A DNA stretch of 64,000 nt from Geosiphon pyriformis uo1. Its lineage: Eukaryota > Fungi > Glomeromycota. The notes under the pieces are model-generated. The model was not told the origin of the DNA and searched no databases. It was given only the letters and a program-made list of their open reading frames with translations. Position numbers and translations under genes: made by a program. This document shows, piece by piece, positions 35,634 through 55,327 of the stretch. The stretch lies in the NCBI GenBank assembly GCA_016748015.1, contig JAAOMT010000009.1, forward strand, positions 638,459-702,458, written 5' to 3'. Numbering within the stretch: position 1 is the stretch's first letter; each line of letters opens with the position of its first letter.

Positions 35634-36549
35634 CTAGTATTAATTTATGAATTTGAACTTTTTTCTTTGTTATAATTTCGATAAATTAAAGATATATTTT
35701 GATAAACTACAAGTTATTTCTACAAATTATAAACTATTTTGGTAAACTATTTATTATTTTGACAAATTTTTACAAATTTTGATAAATTTTTGAATATTAT
35801 ATAATTTAAAATATTGTGTAATTTGATCATTCTAATTTCTATTATACAAATCAAATTATTAATTGAATAGTAATATTTGATAATTCTAATTAAATAATAA
35901 GTAATAATTAAAACAATAATAATATATACTAATTAATAATAGAAATTATAAGGATAATTTTATGATAATTAATGGCTAAAATTCTAATAACAGCATAATA
36001 AGTTTGGTAATTTAGTATCTATATTATTAAAAATTAAGTTAAAATATAAAACTAAGTTGTAATTAAAAAATAAATTTGATAAATTACAAATTTTTACTTT
36101 TGAATTAAAAACCAAGAATATAAAATCTGAATTTATAATTGTTTTAAACAACAACTTAACTTAATATATACACAAAATTATTGAAGCTATTAAATGTTTT
36201 TTATTTATTAAGTTAATATTTAAAAATAAGCTTTTTGTTTTAATTTTAAGTTTGTATACTAAGATTTTTTTGTTAATATATTTAAATTAAACTAATTTGA
36301 TTAATACTTTTATTATAAAATTTATAATTAAAAATTCATTTGTTATTTTGTATAAAAATTTTAATAAAGATAATATTAAATAATATACTAGTTTTAAAAA
36401 GTATATAAAATACAATTTGGTTAATGTTTTATTGAACTTTTTTTTAGTTATAATAATTATATAAAACAATTTACATAAAGCTTTAAAAATAATTAACTAT
36501 ATTTTTGTGTTAACTTTGTTAGTTAATATTGTAATTAAATTTTTTATTA

Positions 36550-38370
36550 TTAAAATTTAATAAGCACAGCCCAACTATTATTTAAAAATTAAAAACAAAC
36601 TAAGTGCTCTAAGACTAAATATAATTTATTTACTTTTTACATATAACTAGTTAATTTAATTAGTTTAGATTATGTTATATTGATACAACAAAAAAAAACT
36701 TACTTAAAACCAACATTTTTTGAACTACTTTAAACAATCTAATATTATAAGAGATCAACTTAACCAGCTATTTGGTTGTTTTTAAGAGATCAGTTTTAAT
36801 ATTATTAAATTTATGTATCCAAAAAAACATTAAGTTAGAAATATATTATTATTAATGCCAATTGGTAATTTTGAATTATCAAATATATCAATATTATTTA
36901 TAAAATTCTTTTTTTTAATAAAACCATCTTTTTTTTAGTTTATTAACAATCTTGCTAAAAGAGTTCAAATAAACTATAAGTTTATTGATTTTAAAACTAA
37001 GAACACTGCTTAAAACCAAATTACTATTAATAAATTGTTTAAATACAGCAATTAAAAAGCCAACAGACTTAACAATTAACTTAATCAAAAGAAAAAGTTT
37101 GGCCAAATCAGATTCTAAAAAAATCAATTAAAAAAACATCATAAAATCACCAACAATTACAAAAGAGAGAACAAGAATTATTAGAAACAAAAACTTAGAA
37201 AAACTCAAAAACCAAAAGCTTTGACATAAAACTTAGCATTTATAAAACATAATATAAATATCTTGAGAACTTTGGAATTCTTTGAGAGAAAAAAATGAAA
37301 ACATTTTATAATTTACAGCCAAATAGCCTATTTTTTAATACTTAAAACAATGTCAATAATCAGAGATTTTCTATCAGATACAATACTTTTTTAGTATACT
37401 AGTTTTGACTATTGCAGTATTCAAATTAGCCTAGAATCTAAATATAATCAGAGCAAATCAGAAACAATAACCAAAATCAAAAAAGTAAAAAATAAAACAT
37501 GTCTGACCACTAATTTAAAAGATCATATTACTAATATTAAATACAGTACAGCCAAAAAAAATGATAATCAACTTGGTCTTAAACTTATTGTAAAACAAAA
37601 TAATTTCATTTTAATTAAAGAGAGAATTTTAATATTATTTTTGTCTATTAACACCAACCAATAATTTAAAACAGACATAGTAGCATTTAGCTTTTTAAAA
37701 TAAACAACAATATATTGTCAAACACCAGCAGATTTTAGCACAACACAAATGATTTTACCAAAAACATCAAGTGCTGTCTTAATATTAGCAGCAAATATAT
37801 CTAAAAGCACATTATACAATATAACAATAGCAAAAAAAGAACTAAACTTAGAAACCATTAAAAATTTGACAATTTTAAGAATAGTCAAACAAACAGAGCT
37901 TGTAATCTTAACCAAAAATACAAATTTCAAAGACTTTTGAGAAGCAAACTCTATGCAGAAAAGCTTTATATTGTCTTTTAATACTGACTTAGTACTTAGA
38001 AAACCATTGTTATAGATGATTATTTAGGGTATTAAAACAAATAACAAATCTGTAATTTGGTGTTCAATAGCTGAAAATATTAGTAATTTCTGAAGGTTTT
38101 AAAGTCTAAAGGTTTTGGTTGAGTTTTTTGTATAATAGACAGAGATTCAATTAATGGTTTTTTCTGTAAATTTATTTCTTTAACATAATAACTGGTTTAT
38201 TTTGATAGTTGTGCTCTTCTAATAAGTTATCTTTAAATTTTTATTTTTGTTTTTAGGTTTTTTATCAGACTATTTTTGATATTAAATACTCAGTACTTAA
38301 TTCTTTTAATTAATTAATAAACAACAAAAAAATAAAATAAAAAATAAAAAAAATAAAAAATAAAAAATAA
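36550..38370 (-). mobile_element. Degenerate ORF1-only non-LTR element ending in the LINE 3' module (HAL1-like)
   Basis: RRM-like relic ILYNVLLDIFAANIKTALDVFGKIICVVLK at 37.7-37.9 kb and coiled-coil relic at 36.9-37.1 kb. These lead directly to an eroded LINE 3' module at ~36560-36680. T-rich 5' end; no APE/RT remnants seen. Confidence 0.55.
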
Positions 38371-40099
38371 AAAATTATTATCTTATCAATAGCTGTAATC
38401 AAGAATTATTGATTCAGTATGATTAAGTATTAGATTCTATTAATATAAAGTATTAATAGTATAGAAGTAATTAATATTTTTTTAATTAAGTAATAATAAT
38501 ATAAATTAGATAATAATAAATAATTTTATTAATATAAGAATAATTTCATTTCAAGTTATAGAAAACTATTTTTTGAAGGAAAAAATATTGTTGTTTTTAA
38601 ATTAATTTAAACTTTATTTTATATTTTTTCTGTTTTTAACACTCTTGTTATATATATATAATTCATATTATACAAGATTTTTTGAAATTTTGAAATCTTG
38701 CAATTTCTTGAAAAAAATCTTGAAATTTTTCTTTTTACTATGTCTATTTCTAATTGGCTATTTTATCTATTTATTATAATTCTTAATTTCTATGAGTAAT
38801 AATATTCAAATTAAAAAAATTATTTTAATTAACCAATATTACTTTGTATTATTTTTTTTAATACTATATTACATCTTTAACCAATATATGTTAACATTAT
38901 TAAAACTTTTAAAAACAAATATAAATACTTATATTGTTAATATATTTTATATTAATTTAAACAAAAAATTAATATTAAACAATTAAGTAATATAATATAT
39001 ACAATATTATTATTATTATTATATATTATATAATTTTATTTAATATTAATTTATTTTTTAAAAATAAATTAAACATAAAACAAGCAATTAATTATGTTGT
39101 TTAATTATAAATTTAAATAATAACTGTTATAATTTAAAACTATTGGCAAAAAATAAATATTCTTTTCTATAATCAAGAATTAAAAATTCAAAAATCTAAA
39201 ACATTACTTTTTATGAATATATTCAACAATCTATCATTAAATATATAACAATTGGTCAAAAATTTCGAAGATTATACTGTAATAGTTAATGAATTATTAA
39301 CAACTGAAAATATTCTTAATAATAATAAAATTATATTTATAATTTTAATTAATGCTTAAATTAAAATTAATATAATTAATAACTTAAAAAAAAATCAAAA
39401 GAATTTTTATTTGTTATAATTACAATTACAGAAGCATATAAAGCATTAAAAAAGATAATTAAATTTGAAAAGCAATTAGTAAAAAAAATTTTAGTATAGA
39501 AAACCAAAATTTACTTAGAAAAAAATTATATAAATATAAAAAAATATAAAAAAATTCTAAAAAACAGGTAACAATTAAAATAATAATAATAATAATAATA
39601 ATAATTAATTGATTTAATAAATAAATATAGTTTATTTAATAATAATTATAAAACTTTATAATAGAATACCTTTAAAATAAAATATAATTTACATATTTTA
39701 ACTGTGTTTTTTTATAAAGATTTAAATTTGTTTATAACATTGTAATTAATTATTATGTAAGTATATAATTAATTAAGTTAAACTATAAGACAATTTTAAA
39801 AAAAAATAATCTTATTTTATTTCTGATCAAGATTTTTTTAGTTATGTTGTTAATTAATATAGTTTAGATAATTGATATATGTAAAACATTTGGGATTTTG
39901 TTTAAAACATGTTTTTTTTGTTTATTTTATTCTAATGTAAATAACAAAATAAGTGTTTTAATAAATTTATAATATTGTCTTAATTGGTTTAAATGTCTAA
40001 TTATATATAATAAGCAAAAAATTTGTATTTAATTTAAAATACTTAAATGTTGTATTATATTAAATAGCAGATAAGTCTTACTTAATAATAATAATAATA

Positions 40100-40290
40100 A
40101 TGTTTAATTATAAATAAGTTTGTTTTAAATAGTAAAGATTTAAATTATTTAATTTGTAAATTCAATAAATTTGTTTTTGGATTTATATTTAGTGTAATTT
40201 TGTTTCAATTGGTCAAGTGGCTAATATGTTTAAAAAACACAATTTAGAAAATAGAAGAACCACATTTTGTTAAAACATATAAAAAAATTT
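40100..40290 (+). mobile_element. Highly eroded LINE 3' stub
   Basis: TTTAGTGTAATTTTGTTTCAATTGGTCAAGTGGCTAATATG (~40188-40228) resembles the conserved 3' module. Confidence 0.4.
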
Positions 40291-40665
40291 TGGTTTTAAA
40301 TTTCAACTAATATTATGCATTAAGTTTTTAAAAAATAACAATTCGAATTTTTCTTGTATATTTTGTAATTTTTTAGTTTAAATGTTTTGAAAATTCTGTT
40401 CACAAGAGCAATAAAATTACTTTTTCAATATATGCGAAAATGTTTAAGAAAAAGGAATTTTGCTAAAGAAAAATGTTGCTCTTAAAGAAATAAATATATG
40501 TCATTATGTGTCACGGCTCTAATTACCACAGATCAAGAGCATTTTATTTAACTTCTGCGTGCATTGTTCTATGTGAATCGCTGCAACAAATAAACATAAA
40601 TAGTCACTGTAATACTTGCTCTTATTCCTTGCTAGTAGTTAGTAGTGAGTGCTCTATTAAAAATA

Positions 40666-48276
<7,611 letters not shown>

Positions 48277-48561
48277 GTGCCATTTGTTCTGTTTTGGGTT
48301 TTTCTAGACATATCATCATAATATTGTTTTTTTCTTTTAACCACGGGATTCTAGTCACAGGCACCCATCTCCCCGAGCAGTCCCGATAAACTGTATCATA
48401 ATGTAATTTCAAGATCGCTTGTAAAATACGCGCCATTCGCGACCTTATATTTAAATTGGCTTTTGTCATTAATTATTAATATCTATGTTAAGTTCTATAG
48501 TTATTCATAAAATTATTGTGACCATCTTGTATTCTTTTTGGAAATGGGATTTAATTAATCG

Positions 48562-49322
48562 TCATGATTCGGGTTTCTTTAACTCACAGATTTCACTTGA
48601 ACACTCCCGGTTATTAAATCCAGTTAGAATATTTTGCTGGTCGTCCAGGCCATGTCTATTACGAGCTAATTCAACAAAATCATGGAAACCTCCAATAAAT
48701 TTAAATTTTTGCACATTACATCCCTCATAAATCAAAGGGGATGTAGTGTGAGATTCTGTTGTACCTTGAATCAGCTGGGAAAGAAGGAATGATAATTTAA
48801 AATTCGAAGCATACATATTAAACAAATTAATCATGTTTTTCTTACCGAATGCAGAATTTTAACTCTCTCCTCCCACTGATGAAAAATTGGAATAAGATTT
48901 TAAGTTGTTCATTTGTTTAAGGATATTCTTCAGAGAAATCGCAATTTTTGCTATAAAATAACCTTTTCTTTTTCGTATACGGCAACTTCAACTTTGGCTA
49001 CTTTACGAGCATTACTCTGATTTTTCTGAGTACTACTGTTTGCCAAGCCAATTTGGTTGTCAGAGACTGGTTTTACTGCCTGGTCTTTGGTCAATGACTC
49101 GCCTAACTTAATAGCAGCATTCAAGTATGAACAATTGAGAAATCCTTCCTATTTTGAATTTAAGTTAATACTAATAGCATATATCTTCCAAGTGCCTAAT
49201 TGAAAAGTAGCAGAGAAGGGTCTTACAATATGATAACAAACAGTAGATGCAGCTTGCGCTTGACGTTTAGCTGCTACATTGGATAAATCTGACGAACTAT
49301 GTAGAAAAGACCACACTTCCAT
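48562..49322 (-). CDS. Glutaredoxin/thioredoxin-fold protein, 174 aa, 4 exons
   Basis: Exons 49322-49227, 49148-48963, 48875-48846 and 48774-48562 are joined by three phase-0 GT-AG introns into an open frame: ..YHIEGFLNCSYLNAAIKLG..KWEERVK..HTTSPLIYEG..FIGGFHDFVELAR. The start codon is less certain. Confidence 0.78.
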
Positions 49323-49725
49323 GGAAAAAGACAAGTTGTAAGATTCACGGCCCGTTGGTCTGGTTGGATTACAATATTCATGATTAATTAATTAATTTTT
49401 CATTTATTACTTATAATTTATTAAAATTATTGGAAATATTGATATTCAGATTAAATTTATTTTCAAGACAAGGATCTTGGGGAAAAAAATTAGCCTCATC
49501 TCTCAGCTTCTTGCGAAAAGATAAATTCTGAAGCCCTTCATTGAACTTCGAGCTTTAAATCGAATATTTCTACTAATAATTGGCTCATTAACTTCAAATA
49601 CGATGATGGTCAAGGATCGAGAATTACAAGTTTGTATTAAAAACAAAGTTGCCACTCATCTGGGAGTGAGGATTAAATTTTTTTTGTACGTTTTTAATCA
49701 ATATTTACTTACCGTTGATTCTGCG

Positions 49726-49932
49726 GTATAATAATGCGTGAAAAATGGGATACGCAGCAGATAGCACAGTATTCAATTCTATTCGGACTGACAAGTATGA
49801 TCCCCACAAGAATGAGTATGGCGGAATACGTAGCAGAGAACAGTATAATAATGCATGAAAAACGGGATACGCAGCAGTTAACGTAGTATCCTATTCAAAG
49901 AAAGCTACCTCGGACTGACAAGTATGATCCCC
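49726..49932. repeat. Duplicated ~80-90-bp block in the divergent promoter
   Basis: GTATAATAATGC(G/A)TGAAAAA(T/C)GGGATACGCAGCAG occurs at 49726 and 49843. TCGGACTGACAAGTATGATCCCC occurs at 49783 and 49910. Confidence 0.9.
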
Positions 49933-49955
49933 GATTTAGGCACAGCCCCCACCCT

Positions 49956-49963
49956 TATAAATA
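49956..49963 (+). promoter_or_regulatory. Putative TATA box of the RNase III gene
   Basis: TATAAATA lies ~70 nt upstream of ATG 50027, after a C-rich tract. Confidence 0.45.
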
Positions 49964-50026
49964 GAAAGAAAACATTTTTAACAAATAAAAAAACAGTTGT
50001 CTATTTTTCGCAAGAAAAACATTAAA

Positions 50027-50884
50027 ATGGGAAGCATTAACCAGCACATCTTTCGCGACGATGACCTTCGAATCGAGGCACTGACCCACAAATCTTACCA
50101 TTATGAAAATCCCAGTACCGGTCCTCATAATGAACGATTGGAATTTTTAGGAGATTCCATTGTGTCTTTTGTCGTTGCAAACTTCCTTTACACTCGTTTC
50201 CCCCATTACAAAGAAGGAGAACTTACTCTCATGCGTGCTAATCTGGTTTGCAAGAAATCTCTCGCTCGGTTTGCCCTTCAACTTGAACTAGATAAAGAAT
50301 TAAGATTGGGTGTAGGCGCCTTGAGGGACCGTGGACGTGAAAGTGAGAAAGTATTGGAAGACGCTTTCGAAGCATATATTGGTGCCGTCTTCCTCGACTC
50401 TAACTCTAGTATGTCCGCGATCCAATATTTCATGGAACCCATTCTTTTGCCCGCTGTGGAGGAATTAACACCTTCCTCCGCAGTGACACATAAGGGGACC
50501 AAAGATAAAAAGCAGAGTATCGATCTACTTGAAACCTTGCCTTCAGACTTGAGTCTTAACGCGGATCTTCAAGATCCTATTAATAAGCTTCAAACTTGGT
50601 CTCAAAGAAAAGGCTTGGGAATACCTGACTACAAAGAAATCGGAGAATCTTCTAATGACACCAACGCAATTTTCACTATTGCAGTATATATCAAGGGTAA
50701 AATGAAAGGCGAAGGGAAAGGTCGCAACAAGAAAGATGCTAAAAAGGAAGCGGCGATGAATGCTCTTCGCTTCATTGATGGTATTCTTACCGAACCCGGG
50801 TCAACAGCTGCAGCTTCCGGTTCTCGTATAAATACTCTGGATCTACGTTCCTCCCCGATAAGCCCGCCTGAGTTTAATTATTAA
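50027..50884 (+). CDS. rnc: Class I (bacterial-type) ribonuclease III, intronless, 285 aa
   Basis: Motifs ALTHKSY, HNERLEFLGDS signature, EGELTLMRANLV and LEDAFEAYIGAVFLD, with catalytic acidic residues intact. A single dsRBD follows (DPINKLQ..FTIAV..GEGKGRNKKDAKKEAA..AL). No N-terminal extension. Confidence 0.95.
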   Translation: MGSINQHIFRDDDLRIEALTHKSYHYENPSTGPHNERLEFLGDSIVSFVVANFLYTRFPHYKEGELTLMRANLVCKKSLARFALQLELDKELRLGVGALRDRGRESEKVLEDAFEAYIGAVFLDSNSSMSAIQYFMEPILLPAVEELTPSSAVTHKGTKDKKQSIDLLETLPSDLSLNADLQDPINKLQTWSQRKGLGIPDYKEIGESSNDTNAIFTIAVYIKGKMKGEGKGRNKKDAKKEAAMNALRFIDGILTEPGSTAAASGSRINTLDLRSSPISPPEFNY

Positions 50885-51480
50885 TCTTTTCTTATTTTTA
50901 TCATCCGTTCTTGCCTTCATCTGATTCTTTACACAACCCTTCATTCTTCTATGTTTCTCGTCATATAAATTTCACAATTTTATCTTTCCTTAACTTATAA
51001 GTCCACTCGCTGAGTACCTTGATCTTCTGTGTGGGCCAACTCTCTATCATAGATGTGCCATAAAGACGGTCAAATATTTTACCTTTTAGGATTCTTGTGT
51101 GTTGATCCACACCGAAGATCATTGTCTCTCACTTATGTTAATCTAACTTGTCCAAATCAACTTTTCTCTTGAAAGTAATAAAAATATTATATATTTCAAA
51201 TTATGATCTTAAACCTGCTTTAAAATATATCCACGTGTATTGGTGTCTGCCTGTCATATATTTGGCTCTTTTCAAAAGTTGGGCTTAAAATGGTAATTAA
51301 TCGAGGCCTTTCTATTGGGCTCAACTCTCCCAGATTTCTGTTACAATGCTACACGGGCCAAACAAAGCGAGACTTTGGAGTATTGTGACATTATATATTC
51401 AAGCTGCTAGTGGTTGATTACCCAGACTGCAAAAGTTTCTTTGAAACCAGTAAATTGATCCTGGGGTTTGCCTTACAAAG

Positions 51481-54173
51481 ATGTCTAAGGCAAGCTCTAA
51501 CCCTCGAGATAACTATGGTGAGGAGGAAACAAACCAGTTACTCACTACTACTCCAGCCCTAATTGTACCCAGAGTATGTGCAGTCAAGTTTTTTAATTAA
51601 GATGTCTTTATTATAATTAGCATCCATGTTATAATACAAGCCTTTAGATATTATCTATCATTTTTATTTATACCTTTTAGATAAATGTCTAAATAAGCTT
51701 TCCCCAGATATTTTATTGAAATAAATTGTGTTTAGTTTAATTTTTAATCTTTTTCGATTTGGGATTTTAAAATTTTCAACATGGTTAGGAAAGAAAGCGA
51801 TTGATTTGGATAGTTTTAGGGGCATTTCTTTTATCTATAGTTATCATTGCACTCGTTGCTTCTCGGTCCGGTGTATCAGACGGTAGGCAAATGAAGCCAC
51901 GTCCAATTTTTTACTGAGATTTTTGGCTTTACTGATGAATGAAAAATCTTAGTGGCGAAACAGAAACGCAACGTAATTTTGATGATCTCGGACGGATTCG
52001 GACCAGCCTCCGAGACTTTTGCCAGATCTTATTATCAATTTATAAATGATTTTTCTTACAATTATACCACCCCCCTCGATCTGATTAATGTTGGCACGTC
52101 GCGTACTCGATCATCAAATAGCCTAATCACCGATTCTGCGGCGGGGGCTACCGCCTTTTCATGTGCCATCAAAACTTATAATCTTGCCGTTGCAGGTTAA
52201 CCTTGAATTTTGATCGCTACCAGCAAAAATAAAAATTCCCGATAAAACATCATTTTGTTTAATCGTATAATTTCTTCCTTCTAAACTACCCAGTGGATCC
52301 CGATCAGGTTCCCTGCGGTACCATTCTAGAATCGGCCAAAGCTATTGGGATGGCTACCGGCCTTGTGGTGACCAGCCGTGTAACTCATGCAACTCCGGCC
52401 TCATTCTCTGCTCATGCAACTAATCGATCGATGGAGAGTGAAATTGCGGCCCAACAAGTTGGGGATTATCCACTTGGAAGACAAGTTGACCTCATCTTTG
52501 GAGGAGGTCGATGTTACTTTTTGGCTAACGCTACCGAGAATAGTTGTCGAACCGATAATCGTGATATCGTTGATATAGCAAAAAAACGAGATTTTAATTA
52601 TTTGACAACCAGAAAAGAATTTGACAATATTAAAATTACCAAAGACAGGTATTTTGCTATTTATAATTGCTTTAATAATCAATCCATTTTCCTCTGCGTC
52701 TTTGCCTAACATTTGAAATACGAAAACTATATTGGAAGTCTTCCGATTCTAGGGCTTTTTACTCTTGATGTGAGTTTCAAAACCTTTTCCAACATATGAT
52801 CTTGGTTATTCCATCTCCATCTAATAGCCTATTTTGATCTATCAGCACATGGCATATGAAATCGATAGAGATCCAACGACTGAACCATCATTGAAAGAAA
52901 TGTCCCAAAAGGCTCTTGGGCTTCTCGAGAAGGCAACAAATGATAGCAACCAAGGTTTTTTTTTGATGATCGAAGGCAGTAGAATTGGTAATGAAGATTA
53001 TATCATTTTTTTAGGAAATCCAATTAATCTATATAATTTTCCTCTTTGTTTATTAGACATGGCTGCTCACTCGTGCGTTACTTTTTAAGGAAACTGACCG
53101 AACATGAATTTTCAAAATTTGGCACTTTTTGCTGAACAATCGTTTAATTTTAGAAACGACGCCCCTGCTCATGTTCATGATATTCTCGCTTATTACGAAG
53201 CTGTTGCTGCTGTCCGAGAATACGTTGATTCTCATCCTGGTACCGTTATGATTTCAGTTAGTATTTTAGATTTCCTTTATGGATTCATGCTATCCTCGTA
53301 TACTTTATATGAAATAGTCACATTATTAATTATAGGTTAGTGATCACGAAACCGGGGGCCTGACCGTGGGACGTCAAACCAGTTCCAAATATCCTGAATA
53401 TTTATGGTTTGTGTTTCTATACTCAATTTTAGAATGTTTGAAAATAACGGGAAGGAATCCATTTATTTTATTCTTGCTACCGTTTTGAAATTCTAGGTAT
53501 CCTGATGTGATACAGCGCGTCAAAAACTCTTCTTTTATCCTTGCGGATAAATTAAGAAAATATGACAAAAGCGACAGAATTGATTTTATTAAAAACATAA
53601 TTTTCCGAGATAGTTTAGGTATCGATGATTTTACCAATGAAGATGTAGCTTTCTTGAATTTAACAGAGCCAAGCCCATCTTTTTATAATAATTACATTGC
53701 CAATATGAGCAGTTTTCGTGCTAGATTAGGGGTAAAAATTTCACCAAGTTATTTACTGATTCAAAATCTCATGCAAAAACTAAATCTTAATATTTTCTGA
53801 TAGTGGACAACCCATGGACATTCAGGTGTTGATGTTAACCTTTATGCGTACGGAACAGACGCCGAAAGACTTTATGGCAATCACGAGGTATATCAAGAGA
53901 TGTCAAATTATTTATAGTTCTTACTAACATTTCTGATTACACTTAGAATACCGAGATTGGAAAGTTTATCGTTGAATTTCTTGGATTAGACCTAACAACT
54001 ATTACAGAAGAGCTCAACAAGTATGTCAACTTTTGAATTTCATCACAAAAAAAATGGGATTCAATATTTAAATTTTCTGTTTGTAAAATAGGAACAATTC
54101 CTCCTTTCATCTGAGCGATCATGCCGACATTTCTCAGTTTAATGTCGACCATCTGATTCATTATCATCATTAA
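51481..54173 (+). CDS. PHO8: Pho8-like alkaline phosphatase, type II membrane anchor, multi-exon
   Basis: Short cytosolic N-terminus, then [22 protein letters not shown]. Motifs [21 protein letters not shown] (catalytic Ser), [25 protein letters not shown] and GHSGVDV. Stop at 54171-54173. Confidence 0.95.
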
Positions 54174-54827
54174 ATGTGAGTTTTGGGATTTTCCGCTGCC
54201 CTTTATTCAAATCTATTACTATGGATATCATTATCATATTAGCGCAATCTTGTTGTTCATAAGTAATTATTTATTATAATAAATTTATTTATAATTGTCG
54301 ATCTGGGAATTGCTTTTCATGCTTTCTTAACATATTTATTGAGTTCTCAAAAATTATATTTTATTATAGCTTATAAATTAATAAGAACTTTGAAACCATG
54401 CAATTTTTTTTTCTTTTGTTTTTGCAAAAAAATAAGTTATGAAAAAATAGTGTATCCGTATTACAAAAATAATATACATTTTTAAAATTAATTTACTTAT
54501 TTAACTTATTTATAAATTTTTATTGATTTTTAAATGCAAATATATTACTTTTAAAAAGTATTCAGTAATAAATAAAACAAATTTTTTTATAACTTTATTA
54601 AATATAATTTTTTTATAATTCATGTTATAATGTATATTGTTGTTTATTAAATTTTTAATTAAAAATTATCACAAAATTATTTTATTTTTATTATTAACTT
54701 AACATTTTTCATAATTTCATAAATTACATAAATTATTTAATTATTATTGGCACAAATAATTTATATTAATTTACAAATATAATAAATATTAAAATTAAAT
54801 TATATAAAATCTTAAAATTTATTAAAA

Positions 54828-54925
54828 CTTAGTACAATATATCAAACTAAATAATCTAAACTAAGTGTGAATCATGCCTTTTCTACACGTGATCAGTCAC
54901 TCGAGCCAGTCAAAATTACACTATG
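54828..54925 (-). mobile_element. Short copy of the LINE 3' module
   Basis: TAGTACAATATATCAAACTAAATAATCTAAACTAAGTGTGAATCATGCCTTTTCTACACGTGATCAGTCACTCGAGCC closely matches 10887-10965. Confidence 0.8.
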
Positions 54926-55327
54926 TTAAAACTATAAAAGAGAATTTACTCTAAAAAGACATCTTATTTATAATAGCTATTAGTATATTACTATTCTTAA
55001 CAAAACTACTTAGCCATATAACAGTTGCATTTGCATTATATTTGACAGAATTAAATAAATGTTTTCAAAGAGTAATTAACTTAATATAAAGTTTATTACT
55101 AGGTAAATTAATATAATAATTTTCTATAAAATTAATATTAAAATTATACTAGTATATTTTTCCAGAAAATACTATGCCTAAAAAAAATGTGTCTATATAT
55201 TGGCTTTTTTTGTAAAAACTAAGTAATAACAACAAATTAGTAAAACATTAAATCTTTAAAATCAAGTCTTTTTTAATGACAAAAAGTTTTTTAATTAAAA
55301 ATTCTGTTTTGTTTATTTATTAAATAC

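Larger units (their letters stand above)
26311..36014 (-). mobile_element. Old LTR of family X (26311-26928 plus ~35638-36014), split by Gypsy-2
   Basis: Both flanks of Gypsy-2 are the reverse complement of the solo LTR 32658-33635. For example, 26311 TGTTATTAGAGGTTTTTGG matches the revcomp end TGTTACTGGAGGTTTTTGG, and 36002 GTTTGGTAA matches the start TTACCAAAC. Confidence 0.8.

Noticed and set aside
35634-35637. First-base A/C mismatch in the TSDs of Gypsy-2 (ATAG/CTAG) and element 3 (ATAC/CTGC)
   Set aside because: Only two old examples, while the younger elements have regular 4-bp TSDs. It cannot be separated from chance decay.
38400-40100. AT-rich tract with TTGAAAT-like repeats near 38680-38730
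   Set aside because: No matching opposite terminus, TSD or recognisable protein relic was found.
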